Notes: a model not told the origin generated them from the sequence alone. 64,000 nt of DNA from an uncultured Gammaproteobacteria bacterium (GCA_964543035.1 CAZIVL010000001.1:45714-109713); one strand, 5' to 3'. Positions 29,029 through 41,626 are shown, counted from the first letter of the stretch. Made by a program: numbers and translations.

Positions 29029-31072
29029 AACAAAACGCGAGTATTTATTCGCGCTTGAGGTCAGTCACTCCGTCGTAAAAAGTGCTATCTGGACCGTAGC
29101 CAACAATCATCCTCAAGCAGTTTCAGTCAGCAGCTGTTTTTCTTGGGATGATGCCTCAGACGACAGTCTCATAGAAGCAGCCGACCAAGCTCTTACCGAG
29201 AGTAGCTTGCATCTCGATCATGCCGGCAAGATTCAGCCCGAAAAAGTGATTTTCGGCCTCCCCTCGGACTGGATTACTTCAGAAGAAAAGATTGTTCCCG
29301 AAAAGCTGCCAATTCTAAAAAAGCTTACCACCAAGCTGTCGCTCACGGCTATCGGTTTTGTTGTTACCCAAGAAGCCATTGTCCGTTTTATTCATAGCCA
29401 AGAAGGCGTCCCCACGACTGCTATTTTAGTCGGTGTCCGCCCTCATATTATTGAGCTGTCTCTCGTCAAGCTGGGCAAGATTCTCGGAACTCACATCATC
29501 AAGCGCGGGCAGGATATTGCCGAAGACGTCATCGAAGGACTATCTCGTTTTCCTCACCAGGATATGTTGCCGTCCCGCATTCTGCTTTACGACTCATCCC
29601 TGGATCTAAATGAAATAAAACAGCAATTACTTTCCCATCAGTGGCTCTCACATCATACTAAGTTGCCCTTTTTACACTTTCCCAAAGTAGAGATCTTGCC
29701 AGAAGATCATACTGTAAAAGCCATCGCTCTCTCAGGTGGCTCCGAAGTCGCAGTTTCACTAGGTCTTATGTCAGAGCCAGCGACGATCGAACCTGAAGCC
29801 CCTCCAGTGATTCCTGAAGTATCCGCCCCAGATGACAACTTAGGTTTTATCGAACACGAGGTCCAAGAAGAGGAGGTGCCAGAGGTAGTAAAATCACGTC
29901 TGACTATGCCCCAGATTTCTCTGCCCAAGTTTTCTGCCTCTCCCATTATCATCATTGTGGTTCTTCTCATTTTGGTGATCGGCTCTTCAGCTGCTTTGTG
30001 GTTCTTGCCGAGGGCTACAGTGGATCTGACTATTGAACCCAAAAAGACCGAGGTCAGTTTTGATCTTGTAGTGGACCCCAAAGGAAACGCCACCAGCTCC
30101 GGCTCTCCTATTATCTTGGGCAAACTCATGGAGACCCTGGCCTCTTCCCAAAAGACTACTGACGCCACCGGCTCAAAATTAGTCGGTGACCGCGCCAAGG
30201 GAGAAGTAACTATGATAAACGGCACGACTGCGACCCGGTCTTTCCCAGCCGGGACCGTCATCATTTCTCCAAGTGGGCTGAAGTTTACTCTCGACGCCGC
30301 AGTTTCTGTTGCATCGGCCTCAGGGACCGCTGATCCAAATTCATATCAGCCCGGCAAATCCAATGTAAAAGTGACCGCAGAAGCCATCGGCACCGACTCA
30401 AATATTTCCGCCGGCACCTCATTTAGAGTCGGCACTTTTTCCACCCTAGATTATGTGGCAAAAAATGACGCCGCTTTTGGGGGCGGCAGCAGTAGGCAAG
30501 CCAAGGCCATTTCAAAAACCGATATCGAGAGTCTGAGGTCTTCTCTTTCCGATTCCCTAAAGACTCAAGCCCAAGAGGATCTTGAAGCCAAGATTGATGA
30601 TGACAACAAAATAATTTTGGAGACTATTGTCTTAACGACTACTTCCGAAAAGTTCAATCACAAAGAAGGCGATATCGCAGACAATGTCACCCTCGAGCTG
30701 TCAGTGAAGGCTTCAGCCGTCAGCATTGCCAAAGCGGATCTCGATGCCGTGGTGGAAGAACAATTGGGTCCCAAGATTCCCGAAGGCTTTACTCCCACAG
30801 ATTCCGTCACTCCCCATTTTGTTTTCAAGTCCACCAAAGATGGCCTAACCAGTCTTACAACCACTGTGGAAGCAGAGCTCATTCCTGTATATGACCAGGT
30901 GCAAATCGCAAAAAATATCGTAGGCAAAAGGCCAGCCACGGCCCAGGAATATCTTTTGAGCCTGCCCCAAGTCAGAGACGTCCAGATGTCATACTTCCCG
31001 CCAGCTCCCGGGTTTCTCGTTACGCTTCCTCACGTGGCCAAAAATATTAAGCTAAATCTGGTCTCTCCCTAA
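28997..31072 (+). CDS. Membrane protein with FtsA/PilM-like N-terminus and baseplate-J-like C-terminal region
   Basis: LFALEV....VKSAIW N-terminus, central TM, A.GEV...N.....FPAGT...G..F...V.A...G...N...GT motifs. Confidence 0.7.
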   Translation: MQLPFLKKKTETKREYLFALEVSHSVVKSAIWTVANNHPQAVSVSSCFSWDDASDDSLIEAADQALTESSLHLDHAGKIQPEKVIFGLPSDWITSEEKIVPEKLPILKKLTTKLSLTAIGFVVTQEAIVRFIHSQEGVPTTAILVGVRPHIIELSLVKLGKILGTHIIKRGQDIAEDVIEGLSRFPHQDMLPSRILLYDSSLDLNEIKQQLLSHQWLSHHTKLPFLHFPKVEILPEDHTVKAIALSGGSEVAVSLGLMSEPATIEPEAPPVIPEVSAPDDNLGFIEHEVQEEEVPEVVKSRLTMPQISLPKFSASPIIIIVVLLILVIGSSAALWFLPRATVDLTIEPKKTEVSFDLVVDPKGNATSSGSPIILGKLMETLASSQKTTDATGSKLVGDRAKGEVTMINGTTATRSFPAGTVIISPSGLKFTLDAAVSVASASGTADPNSYQPGKSNVKVTAEAIGTDSNISAGTSFRVGTFSTLDYVAKNDAAFGGGSSRQAKAISKTDIESLRSSLSDSLKTQAQEDLEAKIDDDNKIILETIVLTTTSEKFNHKEGDIADNVTLELSVKASAVSIAKADLDAVVEEQLGPKIPEGFTPTDSVTPHFVFKSTKDGLTSLTTTVEAELIPVYDQVQIAKNIVGKRPATAQEYLLSLPQVRDVQMSYFPPAPGFLVTLPHVAKNIKLNLVSP

Positions 31073-31747
31073 ATGGCAAAAAAATGGGCCTTGGGTTTTA
31101 TCTTCTTGGGTAGTGTGGTTTTAGGCAGTGTCACTTTTCCGATATTGGCTTCCTGGGTCAGCTTTCAGATAGATCGTATGACCGCCCTCGTCGATCCATC
31201 GGCCACCTCGCATTTGATTACCACCCGTGAGCCAGTGTTCATAAATGTCTTGGGTTTTGCCACCACCGATTATTCTCTGCCGGCCAATTGGTTTCCCAGT
31301 GTCCAGTATGGTTCTCAGACTACTTCTACTCAAGTCAAATTTTTTTCCCTATCCATCCCCGACCTAGATATGTTTGACGTAGCAGTTGAAGTAAATGGCA
31401 ACGATCTCAAAAAAAACGCCATTCACTATCCCGGCACTTCACTCCCAGGCACTTATGGCAACTCAGTTATTTTCGGCCACTCGGCTCTGCCCCAGTTTTA
31501 CAAGTCAGGCAATCCTCTGACGATTTTCAATCCTTTGGTAAAAGCCCAGGTGGGACAAAGAGTAGTCGTCAGTTTTGACGGCGCCGTCTACACATATATG
31601 ATAAAAAAGATTCAGGAAGTGACTCCTGACAAAGTCGAGGTTTTGGGCCAGGCCTTCGACCGCCATACCTTGACTCTCATCACTTGTACTCCCCTTGGTA
31701 CTTACTGGCACCGCCTAGTGGTCACCGCCGAGCTGCTAGACGAATAG
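31073..31747 (+). CDS. Sortase
   Basis: HYPGT.LPG..GN.VIFGHS, LTLITCTP, R. Confidence 0.93.
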   Translation: MAKKWALGFIFLGSVVLGSVTFPILASWVSFQIDRMTALVDPSATSHLITTREPVFINVLGFATTDYSLPANWFPSVQYGSQTTSTQVKFFSLSIPDLDMFDVAVEVNGNDLKKNAIHYPGTSLPGTYGNSVIFGHSALPQFYKSGNPLTIFNPLVKAQVGQRVVVSFDGAVYTYMIKKIQEVTPDKVEVLGQAFDRHTLTLITCTPLGTYWHRLVVTAELLDE

Positions 31748-31750
31748 CCA

Positions 31751-31776
31751 CGTTGTTCCCGCAAACGCGGGAATCT
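31751..31776 (+). repeat. Palindromic repeat variant
   Basis: CGTTGTTCCCGCAAACGCGGGAATCT hairpin. Confidence 0.6.
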
Positions 31777-31791
31777 TGTATATTTACATTT

Positions 31792-31962
31792 ATGTCTCAA
31801 GAAGAAGAAAAATCTGATCAAACCAAAGGCTTTGCGCCGAGTGTGACTGGTGCACTTCTTACAGCACTAGTCAGAGATAATGAAGCAAGAGAGGATCCTC
31901 CTATCCAAATTGTGTTGGCCTCTGAAAAGACACGCGAGCCTCTAGATACTTCGTCATCCTGA
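31792..31962 (+). CDS. Small hypothetical protein ending within a REP
   Basis: 56-aa ORF; TGA stop inside the REP. Confidence 0.35.
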   Translation: MSQEEEKSDQTKGFAPSVTGALLTALVRDNEAREDPPIQIVLASEKTREPLDTSSS

Positions 31963-31993
31963 CCCCGCAGCTGCGGGGGAAGGATCCAGTACC
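31953..31993 (+). repeat. REP-like palindrome copy
   Basis: 39 bp identical to the 17842 and 45556 copies. Confidence 0.9.
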
Positions 31994-32013
31994 ATTAAGA
32001 TATAATTCTGATC

Positions 32014-32367
32014 ATGAACATTCTTGGACTTGACTACGGTGCAAAATATATTGGTGTGGCCCTCGCCACGAGTCCCTTAGCAGAGCCACTGACGACAATT
32101 CCCACAGACCGATTTTTTGCCGAACTACCGGCCCTTATTGAGAAGCATCAGGTCACCCACATAATAATAGGTGATCAAACTCCACAGGAATTCATCGCCC
32201 AACTAAAAACTAATAACCAAGAACTAATAACCATTGACGAGACACTTTCATCTCACGACGCCCGCCAGTCTCTTCTGCACACCACCCAGACTAGAAGAAA
32301 AGAAAACGAGCACTCAGTCGCCGCCGCCATCATCCTCCAATCCTGGCTTGACTCCACCACTAAATGA
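32014..32367 (+). CDS. ruvX: RuvX/YqgF pre-16S rRNA nuclease
   Basis: ILGLDYGAKYIGVA, DETLSS, AAAIILQSWLD. Confidence 0.9.
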   Translation: MNILGLDYGAKYIGVALATSPLAEPLTTIPTDRFFAELPALIEKHQVTHIIIGDQTPQEFIAQLKTNNQELITIDETLSSHDARQSLLHTTQTRRKENEHSVAAAIILQSWLDSTTK

Positions 32368-32702
32368 TCGATAATACGGCCATGTCAGGTATCGAAACAA
32401 AAATCCAAGCTCGAAATGCAGACTCAGAGCTCTTGGGACAAGAATTTAAATGTACCGGTAATCCTGAAGTAGGAATTGAAGTCGTCGGATTAATGATATA
32501 CTTCACAACCTTCGATGGTGAAGGAAGAATGGTCGACGATAGGTCATGGAATCCACTTGCCGGTTGTACTTATCGAGGGGCGACAGGAGAATGTCTAAAA
32601 GGGGGCGGTTATTGCAGGGTAGCTGGGGCAGCCCCTCTTGCTGAGTATCACAGAAGAGTAAGTCAACTGAAAAAACTCGATAAATTTGACCCTTCCAGAT
32701 AA
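32364..32702 (+). CDS. Hypothetical protein
   Basis: ORF only, four Cys. Confidence 0.45.
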   Translation: MIDNTAMSGIETKIQARNADSELLGQEFKCTGNPEVGIEVVGLMIYFTTFDGEGRMVDDRSWNPLAGCTYRGATGECLKGGGYCRVAGAAPLAEYHRRVSQLKKLDKFDPSR

Positions 32703-32750
32703 TATTCATTTAGTATTGACTCTCCCTGTTTCACATAGTAAGGTAACTGG

Positions 32751-32945
32751 ATGTTCAAGAATGTCATTTCTCCGGTCCAGGCTTGGCTTCTTTCCCAAGG
32801 TCGTTGTGTAGGCTGCGGCACCGATCTAGGTACAGCCAAGACGGAATCCCACAAATCCGGAGAAAAAGTCACTTGTGAGAAATGTGGTCGCATCTTCATC
32901 AAGACTTCCGGAAAATACCGCCGCGCTCTCTTTGAGGAAATATAG
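32751..32945 (+). CDS. Small zinc-ribbon protein
   Basis: CVGC...CEKC; coupled to mltG. Confidence 0.7.
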   Translation: MFKNVISPVQAWLLSQGRCVGCGTDLGTAKTESHKSGEKVTCEKCGRIFIKTSGKYRRALFEEI

Positions 32946-33922
32946 TGAAAAAAGCTTTTCTTCTGTTTTTTGCTCTCTCTATCGTTTCATTTGCTTTTGG
33001 ATTAGGTGGCTATCTTCTGTGGGACTTTTATACAAAAGCCCCCACTCCGGGCTCAGATAGCAAGATCAGCTTCACGATTACCAAAAACCAATCTGCAGCC
33101 CAGACTATTGAGAATCTCAAGTCCCAGCAGCTGATCAAATCCGATCTAGCAGCCAAACTTTATTTGCGAGCCACTGGATTGGACCAAAAAATCAAGCCAG
33201 GAGCGTACCTCGTTTCTCCTGGTCTTTCGCTATCAGAGATAGTAGGAGTCCTCATAGATGGCCCCCAGGATATATGGGTGACGATCCCCGAGGGTTGGCG
33301 AAGAGAGCAGGTAGCCTCGCGCCTAAGAGAGACCATTGTAGGCTTTGATATCCAAGAGTTTTTGGCCAAGACGGTCCCTCTCGAGGGCCAGCTTTTCCCC
33401 GATACTTATCTGATTCCCACCGAAGCCACGGTGGACACTGTCTTGGCCATCTTCCAAAAAAACTTTGTCAAAAAATCTGGCCTCACTCTACCCCGCGACC
33501 GGGACATCCTGATTATCGCCTCCATGATTGAGCGTGAAGCCCGTGAGGGGACTGATAGGCCAAAAGTGGCTTCCGTCATCTACAACCGCCTGGAGATCGG
33601 TATGCCCCTTCAGATCGACGCTACTGTCCAGTACGCCCGGGACTCCGCAAAAGACTGTGCAACTGGTCAACTGAGAAACTGTGAATATTGGGAACCAATT
33701 TTTGATACAAAATTCCCATCTCTCTATAACACGTACCTAAAAAACGGCCTTCCTCCCGGACCCATTGCCAGTCCCGGCCTAGCCTCGATTCAGGCTGCCC
33801 TCGTGCCTGACCAGACCGACTTTCTCTACTATCTGACCGGAAACGACGGTGTGACGTATTTTGCAAAAACCCTGTCCGAGCACAACGCAAACGTCCAAAA
33901 GTACTTGCTTGACAAGCCATGA
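32945..33922 (+). CDS. mltG: Endolytic transglycosylase MltG
   Basis: VTIPEG, LEG.LFPDTY, ASMIEREA, LQIDATVQY, YNTY...GLPPGPI. Confidence 0.96.
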   Translation: MKKAFLLFFALSIVSFAFGLGGYLLWDFYTKAPTPGSDSKISFTITKNQSAAQTIENLKSQQLIKSDLAAKLYLRATGLDQKIKPGAYLVSPGLSLSEIVGVLIDGPQDIWVTIPEGWRREQVASRLRETIVGFDIQEFLAKTVPLEGQLFPDTYLIPTEATVDTVLAIFQKNFVKKSGLTLPRDRDILIIASMIEREAREGTDRPKVASVIYNRLEIGMPLQIDATVQYARDSAKDCATGQLRNCEYWEPIFDTKFPSLYNTYLKNGLPPGPIASPGLASIQAALVPDQTDFLYYLTGNDGVTYFAKTLSEHNANVQKYLLDKP

Positions 33923-34007
33923 TATAACTGTTATAACCAAAGCTAATTGAGATCGGCAATGCAAGTTGCCGATTATTTGCGCAGCAAAAGCGCCTTTTTG
34001 TTTTTTC
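33909..34007 (+). promoter_or_regulatory. rpoB promoter and structured leader
   Basis: TTGACA-N17-TATAAC with TG extension; ATCGGCAA/TTGCCGAT hairpin; GCGC/GCGC followed by a T tract. Confidence 0.65.
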
Positions 34008-34047
34008 AGAAAGTAGTACTCAACTCCCGCCCAAAAAACCAACAGCG

Positions 34048-37000
34048 ATGTCGCAATCACAACGCCTTTACTGGGGTAAATCCTACACCAATTTACCCAA
34101 ATTGAGTCTCAATCAAATTCAGCTGGATTCTTGGAAGTGGTTTTTGGAAGTCGGAATCAAGGATGCCATAGCGGAGATTACTCCTATCGAAGACTTCACT
34201 TCAAAAAATTGGCACCTCGAGCTAGGTGGCCACTCCATAGAAAAACCCAGTATTACTCCCAAGCACGCTCTCAAAAAAGGCCTTACCTACTCAGTACCTC
34301 TTAGAGTCCAAGCCAAGCTTACCAACAAGCAGACAAACAAAACTACCGCCGGCGAAGTCTTTTTGGGAGATCTTCCCCAGATGACGGATCGTGGTACTTT
34401 TATTATTAACGGCGTGGAACGTGCAGTCATCAACCAAATCGTCCGTTCCCCGGGCGTTTATTTTGGCTCCGAGTTAGATGCCGCCTCAGGCAGACTGTTG
34501 CACACCGCCGAGCTGCGCCCAATCAGAGGCACCTGGCTTGAGTTCGAAGTCGCCCGTGGCGACTCAGTCACAGTCAGGATTGACCGCCGCCGCAAGTTCC
34601 CAGTCACCACCCTCCTTCGCGCCATGGGTTATTCTGACAATGCCCAGATTTTGGCCCTCTTCAAAGATGTCGACACCGATTCTAGTCACACTTATCTGGA
34701 TGCCACTCTGGCCAAAGATCCTACCAAGACAACCGAAGAGGCTCTGATCGAAATCTACAAAAAGATGCGCCCCGGCGAGCCAATTGTTTTAGAAAACGCC
34801 CAAAGACTCGCATTTGATCTTTTCTTCAATCCCAGAAGATACGATCTCGGCAAAGTCGGCAGATACAAGCTCAACAAGAGACTTCAGACAGAAGCCACCC
34901 AACAGGTTCTCACTCGTGACGATCTGGTCGGTACTATCAAGTACTTGATCGGTCTCCAAAATGGCGTGGGCAAGATCGATGACATCGATCATCTGGCCAA
35001 TCGCAGACTTCGAAGAGTGGGTGAGCTAGTCGCCCAGACTGCTTTTAGAGACGGACTCTTGCGACTCGAAAGAACCATCAAAGAAAAAATGAGTTTGGTC
35101 TCCACCGAAGATTTGGTTTCTCCCACCCAGCTGGTCAACGCCAGACCCGTCATCGCCTCAGTCAACGAATTCTTCAGAAGCTCTCAGCTGTCCCAGATTC
35201 TAGAGCAGACCAACCCCTTGTCCGAGATCGATCATTTGCGAAGACTCACCGTTATGGGACGAGGCGGTATTACTCGTGAGCGTGCTTCATTTAGTATCCG
35301 CGACGTCAATTCTTCCCAATACGGCCGCATCGATCCAATTAGATCTCCCGAAGGAGCCAACATCGGTCTCGTCACCTACCTCGCTTTGTATGCCAGAGTC
35401 AATGACTATGGCTTCCTCGAAGTCCCTTACCGAAAAGTTCTCAAAGATGAAAAAGGTGGAGTAACTCGCGTCAAAGTCACAGACGAAATCGTCTACCTGA
35501 CCGCCGACGATGAAGAGAGCTATCGCATTAGTCACGGCGATGTCCAGACCGACGAAAATGGTTACATTTTGGATACTTGGCTTCCTATCCGTTACCAAAA
35601 CGCTTTTTCAGAAGGACCCGCCGGTCAAATTGATTTCATCGACGCAGTTCCCAGGCAGCTTGTGGGAGCTTCCGCTTCACTCATTCCTTTTGTCGCCAAT
35701 GACGCTGCCAACCGCGCACTCATGGGTTCAAACATGCAGACTCAAGCCGTCCCACTTCTCAAGTCAGAGAGTCCAGTCGTGGGAACCGGCATGGAGATCG
35801 ATGTTGCCAAATCCCTAGGCTGGTGTGTCTACGCCAGACACGGTGGTGTAGTCTCATATGTAGACGCCGAAAAGATCAGTATCAAGCTCGACAAAAAGCC
35901 CGAAAGATTTGACGCCGCCGAAAACATTACTGTCAAAGGTGACGTCGAGACTTATCACCTCGAGAAGTTCAAGCGCACTTCCCAAAGCTCTTGTTTCAAT
36001 CAGGTTCCAGTCGTCACCATGGGCCAAAAGATCACAGCCGGCCAATTGCTAATCGACGGTCCCTCTACCCAAAATGGTGAGATCGCTTTAGGTCAAAATC
36101 TGACTATCGCCTACGCATCCCTCGATGGACTCGGGTACGAAGACGCCATCGTCATCTCAGATCGTCTAGTCTCCCAAGATCTTCTCACTTCCATCCATGT
36201 CGAAGAGCACGAAGCCGACGTCGTGGATACCAAGCTTGGCCCCGAAGAGCTGACTCGCGATATTCCCAATGTCGGTGAAGTGTATCTGGCTCATCTAGAT
36301 GCCGAAGGTATCATCACCGTCGGTTCCGAAGTCGGTCCCAACGATATTTTGGTCGGAAAAATTGCTCCCAAAGGCGAGACTGAGCTGTCTGCAGAAGAGA
36401 GATTGCTACGCGCCATCTTCGGAGAAAAAGCTCGCGATGTTCGAGACACTTCACTCCGCATGCCCCATGGTGAGCGCGGCACAGTCATCGATGTCCATGT
36501 CTTAGACCGGGATGCCGGCGACGAGCTTCCTCCTGGTGTAAACAAGCGCGTGGTCATCAAAGTAGCTCAGATCCGAAAGATCAGTGTGGGAGACAAATTG
36601 GCCGGTCGTCACGGAAACAAAGGCGTCATCAGTAAGATCGTCCCAGTCGCCGACATGCCTCATCTTGAGGACGGCACTCCTGTCGACATCATGATGTCTA
36701 CCCTCTCAGTTCTCTCTCGTATGAACTTGGGTCAGCTGTGGGAAGCCAGACTCGGTTGGGCCATGGAGAAGCTTGGTAAAAAAGTGGCCGTCCCCGTCTT
36801 TGAAAAGATCTCCGAAGACAAGATAGCAGACGTTATGACCCAAGCCGGACTCCCCGTATCTGGCAAGGCCTATCTATACGATGGTCGCACCGGTCAGCGC
36901 TGGATCGAGCCCACAGTTGTGGGAGTGGGCTACATCTTGAAGCTCCATCACATGGTCGAGGACAAGACTCACGCCAGGTCCACTGGACCATACTCTCTTG

Positions 37001-37428
37001 TTACCCAGCAACCTTTGGGAGGCAAGGCCCAAATGGGAGGTCAAAGACTCGGAGAAATGGAAGTCTGGGCGCTCGAGGCTCACAAGGCTTCTCATACTCT
37101 GCAAGAGATGTTGACCATCAAGTCCGACGACGTCGTCGGCCGTGCCAAAGCCTTCGAGGCCATCGTCAAGGGTACTGATATCCCGACCAGTTCTGTGCCC
37201 GAATCCTTCAACGTTTTGGTCAAAGAGCTCCAGAGTTTGGGTCTGCAGATTATTCCCCAAGGCGTCAAGATCAAGCCCGCAGACGATCCAGCTGCCAAGA
37301 CTGCTACTACTACATCTTCCACGCCCGCAGACGATGCCTCAGATGATGCTGTACAATTAGGAGCCGAAGATGCGGTGGCTACCGGCGAGTTAAAGATCGT
37401 CGAGGAAGGATCAGAAAACAATGAGTAA
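34048..37428 (+). CDS. rpoB: RNA polymerase beta subunit
   Basis: [54 protein letters not shown]. Confidence 0.99.
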   Translation: MSQSQRLYWGKSYTNLPKLSLNQIQLDSWKWFLEVGIKDAIAEITPIEDFTSKNWHLELGGHSIEKPSITPKHALKKGLTYSVPLRVQAKLTNKQTNKTTAGEVFLGDLPQMTDRGTFIINGVERAVINQIVRSPGVYFGSELDAASGRLLHTAELRPIRGTWLEFEVARGDSVTVRIDRRRKFPVTTLLRAMGYSDNAQILALFKDVDTDSSHTYLDATLAKDPTKTTEEALIEIYKKMRPGEPIVLENAQRLAFDLFFNPRRYDLGKVGRYKLNKRLQTEATQQVLTRDDLVGTIKYLIGLQNGVGKIDDIDHLANRRLRRVGELVAQTAFRDGLLRLERTIKEKMSLVSTEDLVSPTQLVNARPVIASVNEFFRSSQLSQILEQTNPLSEIDHLRRLTVMGRGGITRERASFSIRDVNSSQYGRIDPIRSPEGANIGLVTYLALYARVNDYGFLEVPYRKVLKDEKGGVTRVKVTDEIVYLTADDEESYRISHGDVQTDENGYILDTWLPIRYQNAFSEGPAGQIDFIDAVPRQLVGASASLIPFVANDAANRALMGSNMQTQAVPLLKSESPVVGTGMEIDVAKSLGWCVYARHGGVVSYVDAEKISIKLDKKPERFDAAENITVKGDVETYHLEKFKRTSQSSCFNQVPVVTMGQKITAGQLLIDGPSTQNGEIALGQNLTIAYASLDGLGYEDAIVISDRLVSQDLLTSIHVEEHEADVVDTKLGPEELTRDIPNVGEVYLAHLDAEGIITVGSEVGPNDILVGKIAPKGETELSAEERLLRAIFGEKARDVRDTSLRMPHGERGTVIDVHVLDRDAGDELPPGVNKRVVIKVAQIRKISVGDKLAGRHGNKGVISKIVPVADMPHLEDGTPVDIMMSTLSVLSRMNLGQLWEARLGWAMEKLGKKVAVPVFEKISEDKIADVMTQAGLPVSGKAYLYDGRTGQRWIEPTVVGVGYILKLHHMVEDKTHARSTGPYSLVTQQPLGGKAQMGGQRLGEMEVWALEAHKASHTLQEMLTIKSDDVVGRAKAFEAIVKGTDIPTSSVPESFNVLVKELQSLGLQIIPQGVKIKPADDPAAKTATTTSSTPADDASDDAVQLGAEDAVATGELKIVEEGSENNE

Positions 37429-40400
37429 AAAAGACGAAATCAAAATCGATCACATCCGCGATTCATTCAAAAATATCGCAGATTTTACAAGCTTGCAGAT
37501 CAAGCTGGCTTCCGATGAGGTCATAAAAGCCTGGTCCCACGGTGAGGTAACCAAGCCCGAGACCATCAACTACCGCACGCTGCGCCCCGAAAAAGACGGT
37601 CTGTTCGACGAGCGCATTTTTGGTCCCGTCAAAGACTGGGAATGTTACTGTGGCAAGTACAAGAGAATCCGCTACAAAGGTATCATCTGCGACAAATGTG
37701 GAGTCGAAGTCACTCACAGTCGAGTTCGTCGCGAGCGCATGGGTCACATCACTCTCGCTTGTCCCGTCGCCCACGTCTGGTATTTCAAGGGCGCTCCCTC
37801 CAAGCTGTCTCTTCTCATGGACGTCTCTCCCAAGAGCTTGGAATCAGTAGTCTACTTTGCCCAATACATCGTCACTTCAGTGGATCTCAAGCAGCAAGAA
37901 AAGACCGTGGAGATGCTAAAAAAGCAGGCCGAGGAAAAACGCGGAGAGATCAAAAAAGATTACGATGCTCGCATTGCCAAAATTCAAAAAGAAGGCGACG
38001 AATTATTACGTGATATCAAATCCCAAAAGATGGGGGACGATGCCAGGGCCTTGAGTCTCGACCAGTCAGGCCTCAAGCTCAAGCAAACAATTCAAGCCAT
38101 GCGCGAGCAAGAGATCTTGGAAGCAGACAAGACCGTCAGTATTTATCAGCTTCTTTCCGATATTGTTTCCTCCATTCGTCTGGCCAGTATCATCTCCGAG
38201 GATGAGTATGCCAAGTTGGTCGAATATGATTGTCTCGAGTTTGCCACTGTGGGTATGGGAGCCGAGAGTATCTTGGACGTCATAAAAAACATCGATTTAT
38301 CCAAGCTAGGTGCAGATCTTCGGGCCGAAGTCGGCAGTTCCACCGGTCAAAGACATATCAAAGCCACCAAGAGACTCAGAGTAGTCGACGGCCTAAAAAG
38401 ATCCGGTGTCAATCCCGCATGGATGGTTCTTCTCACCGTTCCCGTCATCCCACCCGATCTCCGCCCTATGGTTCAGCTTTCTGGTGGTCGCTTTGCTTCA
38501 TCTGATCTGAACGATCTCTACCGCCGCGTCATAAACAGAAACAATCGCTTAAAGCATCTTATGGATCTGGGCGCTCCCGAGATCATTTTGCGAAACGAAA
38601 AGCGCATGTTGCAAGAAGCAGTCGACGCTTTGATCGATTCTACTCAGAGAGCGACCAGAACTACCAGACTCCCCGCCGCGGCCAAATCCAAGTCGCTGTC
38701 AGATATGTTGCGAGGCAAGCAAGGCCGCTTCAGACAAAATCTCTTGGGTAAGCGCGTCGATTACTCAGGAAGATCAGTCATCGTAGTCGGACCTGAGCTC
38801 AAGATCAATCAATGTGGTCTCCCCAAAGACATGGCTCTTGAGATGTTCAAGCCATTTGTTTTGCGCCAGATGATCGTCCAAGGTCTAGCACCAAACGTAA
38901 AATCCGCCAAAAACTTGCTGGAGTCCAGACCTCCCGAAGTCTTTGATATCTTGGAAGAGATAACCAAGAATCACCCCGTGCTCCTAAATCGTGCTCCCAC
39001 CTTGCACAAGCTGTCTATCCAAGCTTTCTATCCTATTTTGGTCGAAGGTTCCGCCATCAAGATTCACCCCTGTATCTGTGCTGGTTTCAACGCCGACTTC
39101 GACGGAGATCAGATGGCAGTCCACGTGCCACTTAGTGAAAAATCCATCGAGGAAGTAAAGACTCTCATGACTCCCGAGAACAATCTGCGAAAGCCTTCCG
39201 ACAGTACTCCCATCAGTATTCCCTCCACCAAGGATATCGCTTTGGGTAACTACTATCTGACTTCCATCGATGCAGCCATTCCCGCCCACCCATCCGCTCT
39301 TTCCAATGCTTCTGAAGCCGTCCTCGCATATCACACTGGCAACATTCAGTTGCGCCAAGCCATCAAAGTCAATTTAGAAGGAACCATTATAGACACCACC
39401 GTCGGCCGCATTCTCTTCAACGAGATTTTGCCCAAAGAGCTACAATTTGTAAACGAAGACGTCAGAAGAGGTGTCATTGTGGGTCTGTTTAGAAAAGCCT
39501 TCAAGATCTATGACGCCGAAACTATCGTCAAGATGATCGACGATGTCAAGAATACTGGTTTCTGGGCCGGCACCATCTCCGGTCTCTCAGTTGGTATCAC
39601 CGACTGTGTGGTTTCCCCCGAAAAAGAGGCTGTTATCACCGCTGCCAACGGTCGCATCAGTGAAGTCGAGAGCAACTACGGCATGGGTCTTATCACCCAA
39701 GAGGAAAAGAGGAGACTGTCTCAAGAAATCTGGATCGAGACCACCGAAAAATTGGCCGACAAAACTTGGGATCTCTTTGACGCCGCCAACCACATTCGTC
39801 TCATCATCGACGCCCAAGTGGGTCGTGCATCTCGTGACCAGGTCCGTCAGATTTCCGCCATGCGTGGACTCGTGGTTGACCCATCAGGACGCATCGTCGA
39901 TCTGCCCATCAAGAGCAACTATCGCCAGGGCTTCTCATCTTTTGAGTACGTGACCGCCGCCCGCGGAGAACGAAAAGGTCTCTCCGATACCGCCATCCGT
40001 ACCGCAGACGCCGGATACTTGACCAGAAGACTAGTCGACGTAGCCCACGATGCCATCATTAGACTCGAAGATTGTAAGACAGCTACAGGACTTTCCATCT
40101 ACAAACCAGGTCGAAGATCCAAGCTCTTTGGGGCTCGCATCTACGGTCGCTACACAGCCGCCGATGTCGTGACCAAAGACGGTACAGTCTTAGTAGGAGC
40201 AGGCCAGATGATCGACGAAGCCGAGGTCAAAGCCATCGAAGAAGCCGGTGTCGAGGAAGTCATTGTCAGATCGCCTCTCACCTGTAATGCCAAGTATGGT
40301 CTCTGTGCCAAGTGTTATGGATTCAGTCTTGCTACTCTCAAGTCCGCAGACATTGGTGATCCAGTCGGAGTCATTGCCGCCCAAAGTATCGGAGAGCCAG

Positions 40401-41167
40401 GAACGCAAATGACCCTGCACGGAAAGCAAGGCGCCAAGACTCTAGGAAACGTCGACGTGACCCAAGGACTTCCCAGGATCGAAGAGCTATTCGAAGCCAG
40501 AATGCCCAAGATGGTTTCTCCTCTGGCCGAGATCCCCGGAACCGTCGAGGTCACCGAGACCGAAGATGGTTATAAGCTCAGAGTTCGAAATACTTCAGTC
40601 AAGCCAGTCGAAGAGCGCGAATACATCATTCCTCTAGCCGCCGAGCTCAGAGTTTCCGAAGGGGATCTGATCGCAGCTGGTAGCCAGCTGGCAGCCGGCA
40701 GTCTGGATGTAAAAGAGGTCCTAGAAGTCAGAGGCCTACGTGGCACCCAAGAATATCTGGTCGACGAGATCCAAGCGGTCTACGAATCCCAAGGTGTCTC
40801 CATTCACGACAAGCACTTTGAAGTTATCGTCAGAAAGATGAGTGACCGCGTCCGCATCTTGACTCAAGGAGACACGGCTTTGCTTCCCGGAGACATCATC
40901 GATCGCGCTCTCTTTGAAGACGAAAATGCCAAGGTCATAGCCGCCGGCGGTGAGCCAGCCACAGGTCAAGTGATTGTCTTGGGTATTACGAGAGCCGCCC
41001 TCAAGACCGGATCATGGCTCTCAGCCGCCTCCTTTATCGAGACCACTTCTCAGCTGTCTGACGCCGCTGTCGAAGGTCGCGTAGATCCTCTCTTGGGTCT
41101 CAAGGAAAACGTCATCATCGGTAGGTTAATTCCGGTTTCAGCGGCAGCCGCAGCCATTGCCCAATAG
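37421..41167 (+). CDS. rpoC: RNA polymerase beta' subunit
   Basis: [45 protein letters not shown]. Confidence 0.99.
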   Translation: MSKKDEIKIDHIRDSFKNIADFTSLQIKLASDEVIKAWSHGEVTKPETINYRTLRPEKDGLFDERIFGPVKDWECYCGKYKRIRYKGIICDKCGVEVTHSRVRRERMGHITLACPVAHVWYFKGAPSKLSLLMDVSPKSLESVVYFAQYIVTSVDLKQQEKTVEMLKKQAEEKRGEIKKDYDARIAKIQKEGDELLRDIKSQKMGDDARALSLDQSGLKLKQTIQAMREQEILEADKTVSIYQLLSDIVSSIRLASIISEDEYAKLVEYDCLEFATVGMGAESILDVIKNIDLSKLGADLRAEVGSSTGQRHIKATKRLRVVDGLKRSGVNPAWMVLLTVPVIPPDLRPMVQLSGGRFASSDLNDLYRRVINRNNRLKHLMDLGAPEIILRNEKRMLQEAVDALIDSTQRATRTTRLPAAAKSKSLSDMLRGKQGRFRQNLLGKRVDYSGRSVIVVGPELKINQCGLPKDMALEMFKPFVLRQMIVQGLAPNVKSAKNLLESRPPEVFDILEEITKNHPVLLNRAPTLHKLSIQAFYPILVEGSAIKIHPCICAGFNADFDGDQMAVHVPLSEKSIEEVKTLMTPENNLRKPSDSTPISIPSTKDIALGNYYLTSIDAAIPAHPSALSNASEAVLAYHTGNIQLRQAIKVNLEGTIIDTTVGRILFNEILPKELQFVNEDVRRGVIVGLFRKAFKIYDAETIVKMIDDVKNTGFWAGTISGLSVGITDCVVSPEKEAVITAANGRISEVESNYGMGLITQEEKRRLSQEIWIETTEKLADKTWDLFDAANHIRLIIDAQVGRASRDQVRQISAMRGLVVDPSGRIVDLPIKSNYRQGFSSFEYVTAARGERKGLSDTAIRTADAGYLTRRLVDVAHDAIIRLEDCKTATGLSIYKPGRRSKLFGARIYGRYTAADVVTKDGTVLVGAGQMIDEAEVKAIEEAGVEEVIVRSPLTCNAKYGLCAKCYGFSLATLKSADIGDPVGVIAAQSIGEPGTQMTLHGKQGAKTLGNVDVTQGLPRIEELFEARMPKMVSPLAEIPGTVEVTETEDGYKLRVRNTSVKPVEEREYIIPLAAELRVSEGDLIAAGSQLAAGSLDVKEVLEVRGLRGTQEYLVDEIQAVYESQGVSIHDKHFEVIVRKMSDRVRILTQGDTALLPGDIIDRALFEDENAKVIAAGGEPATGQVIVLGITRAALKTGSWLSAASFIETTSQLSDAAVEGRVDPLLGLKENVIIGRLIPVSAAAAAIAQ

Positions 41168-41191
41168 ATTTTGGTATAATTAGCCTCAAAT

Positions 41192-41626
41192 ATGCCAACA
41201 ATCAATCAGCTCATCAGAAAAGGTCGCAAAGCCAAAGGCTTCAAAGTCAAAGCGACCGCACTACGCAGGTCTTTCAATGCCAAGGATCGCCGGTTTGTGG
41301 ATACCAAGAGCCCCTTCAAAAGGGGAGTTTTAACCGTCGTTCGTACCATGACTCCTCGTAAGCCAAATTCAGCTTTGCGCAAGGTAGCCCGTGTCAGACT
41401 CTCAAACAAATACGAAGTTACCGCCTACATCCCAGGCATTGGTCACAACCTAGCCGAGCACGGTATAGTCTTGGTCAGAGGTGGTCGGGTAAAAGATCTT
41501 TCCGGAGTAAAATATCACATCGTCCGTGGCAAGTACGATTCCGCCGGAGTCGAGACCAGACGTCAAGGTCGCTCCCGTTATGGCACCAAAGCAGTTAGTG
41601 GACCCAAAGGCGCCGCAGCCAGTTAA
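41192..41626 (+). CDS. rpsL: 30S ribosomal protein S12
   Basis: [25 protein letters not shown]. Confidence 0.99.
   Translation: MPTINQLIRKGRKAKGFKVKATALRRSFNAKDRRFVDTKSPFKRGVLTVVRTMTPRKPNSALRKVARVRLSNKYEVTAYIPGIGHNLAEHGIVLVRGGRVKDLSGVKYHIVRGKYDSAGVETRRQGRSRYGTKAVSGPKGAAAS

Noticed and set aside
28997-31072. Prophage or tailocin
   Set aside because: A lone baseplate-J-like domain on a membrane protein among housekeeping genes; no other phage genes.
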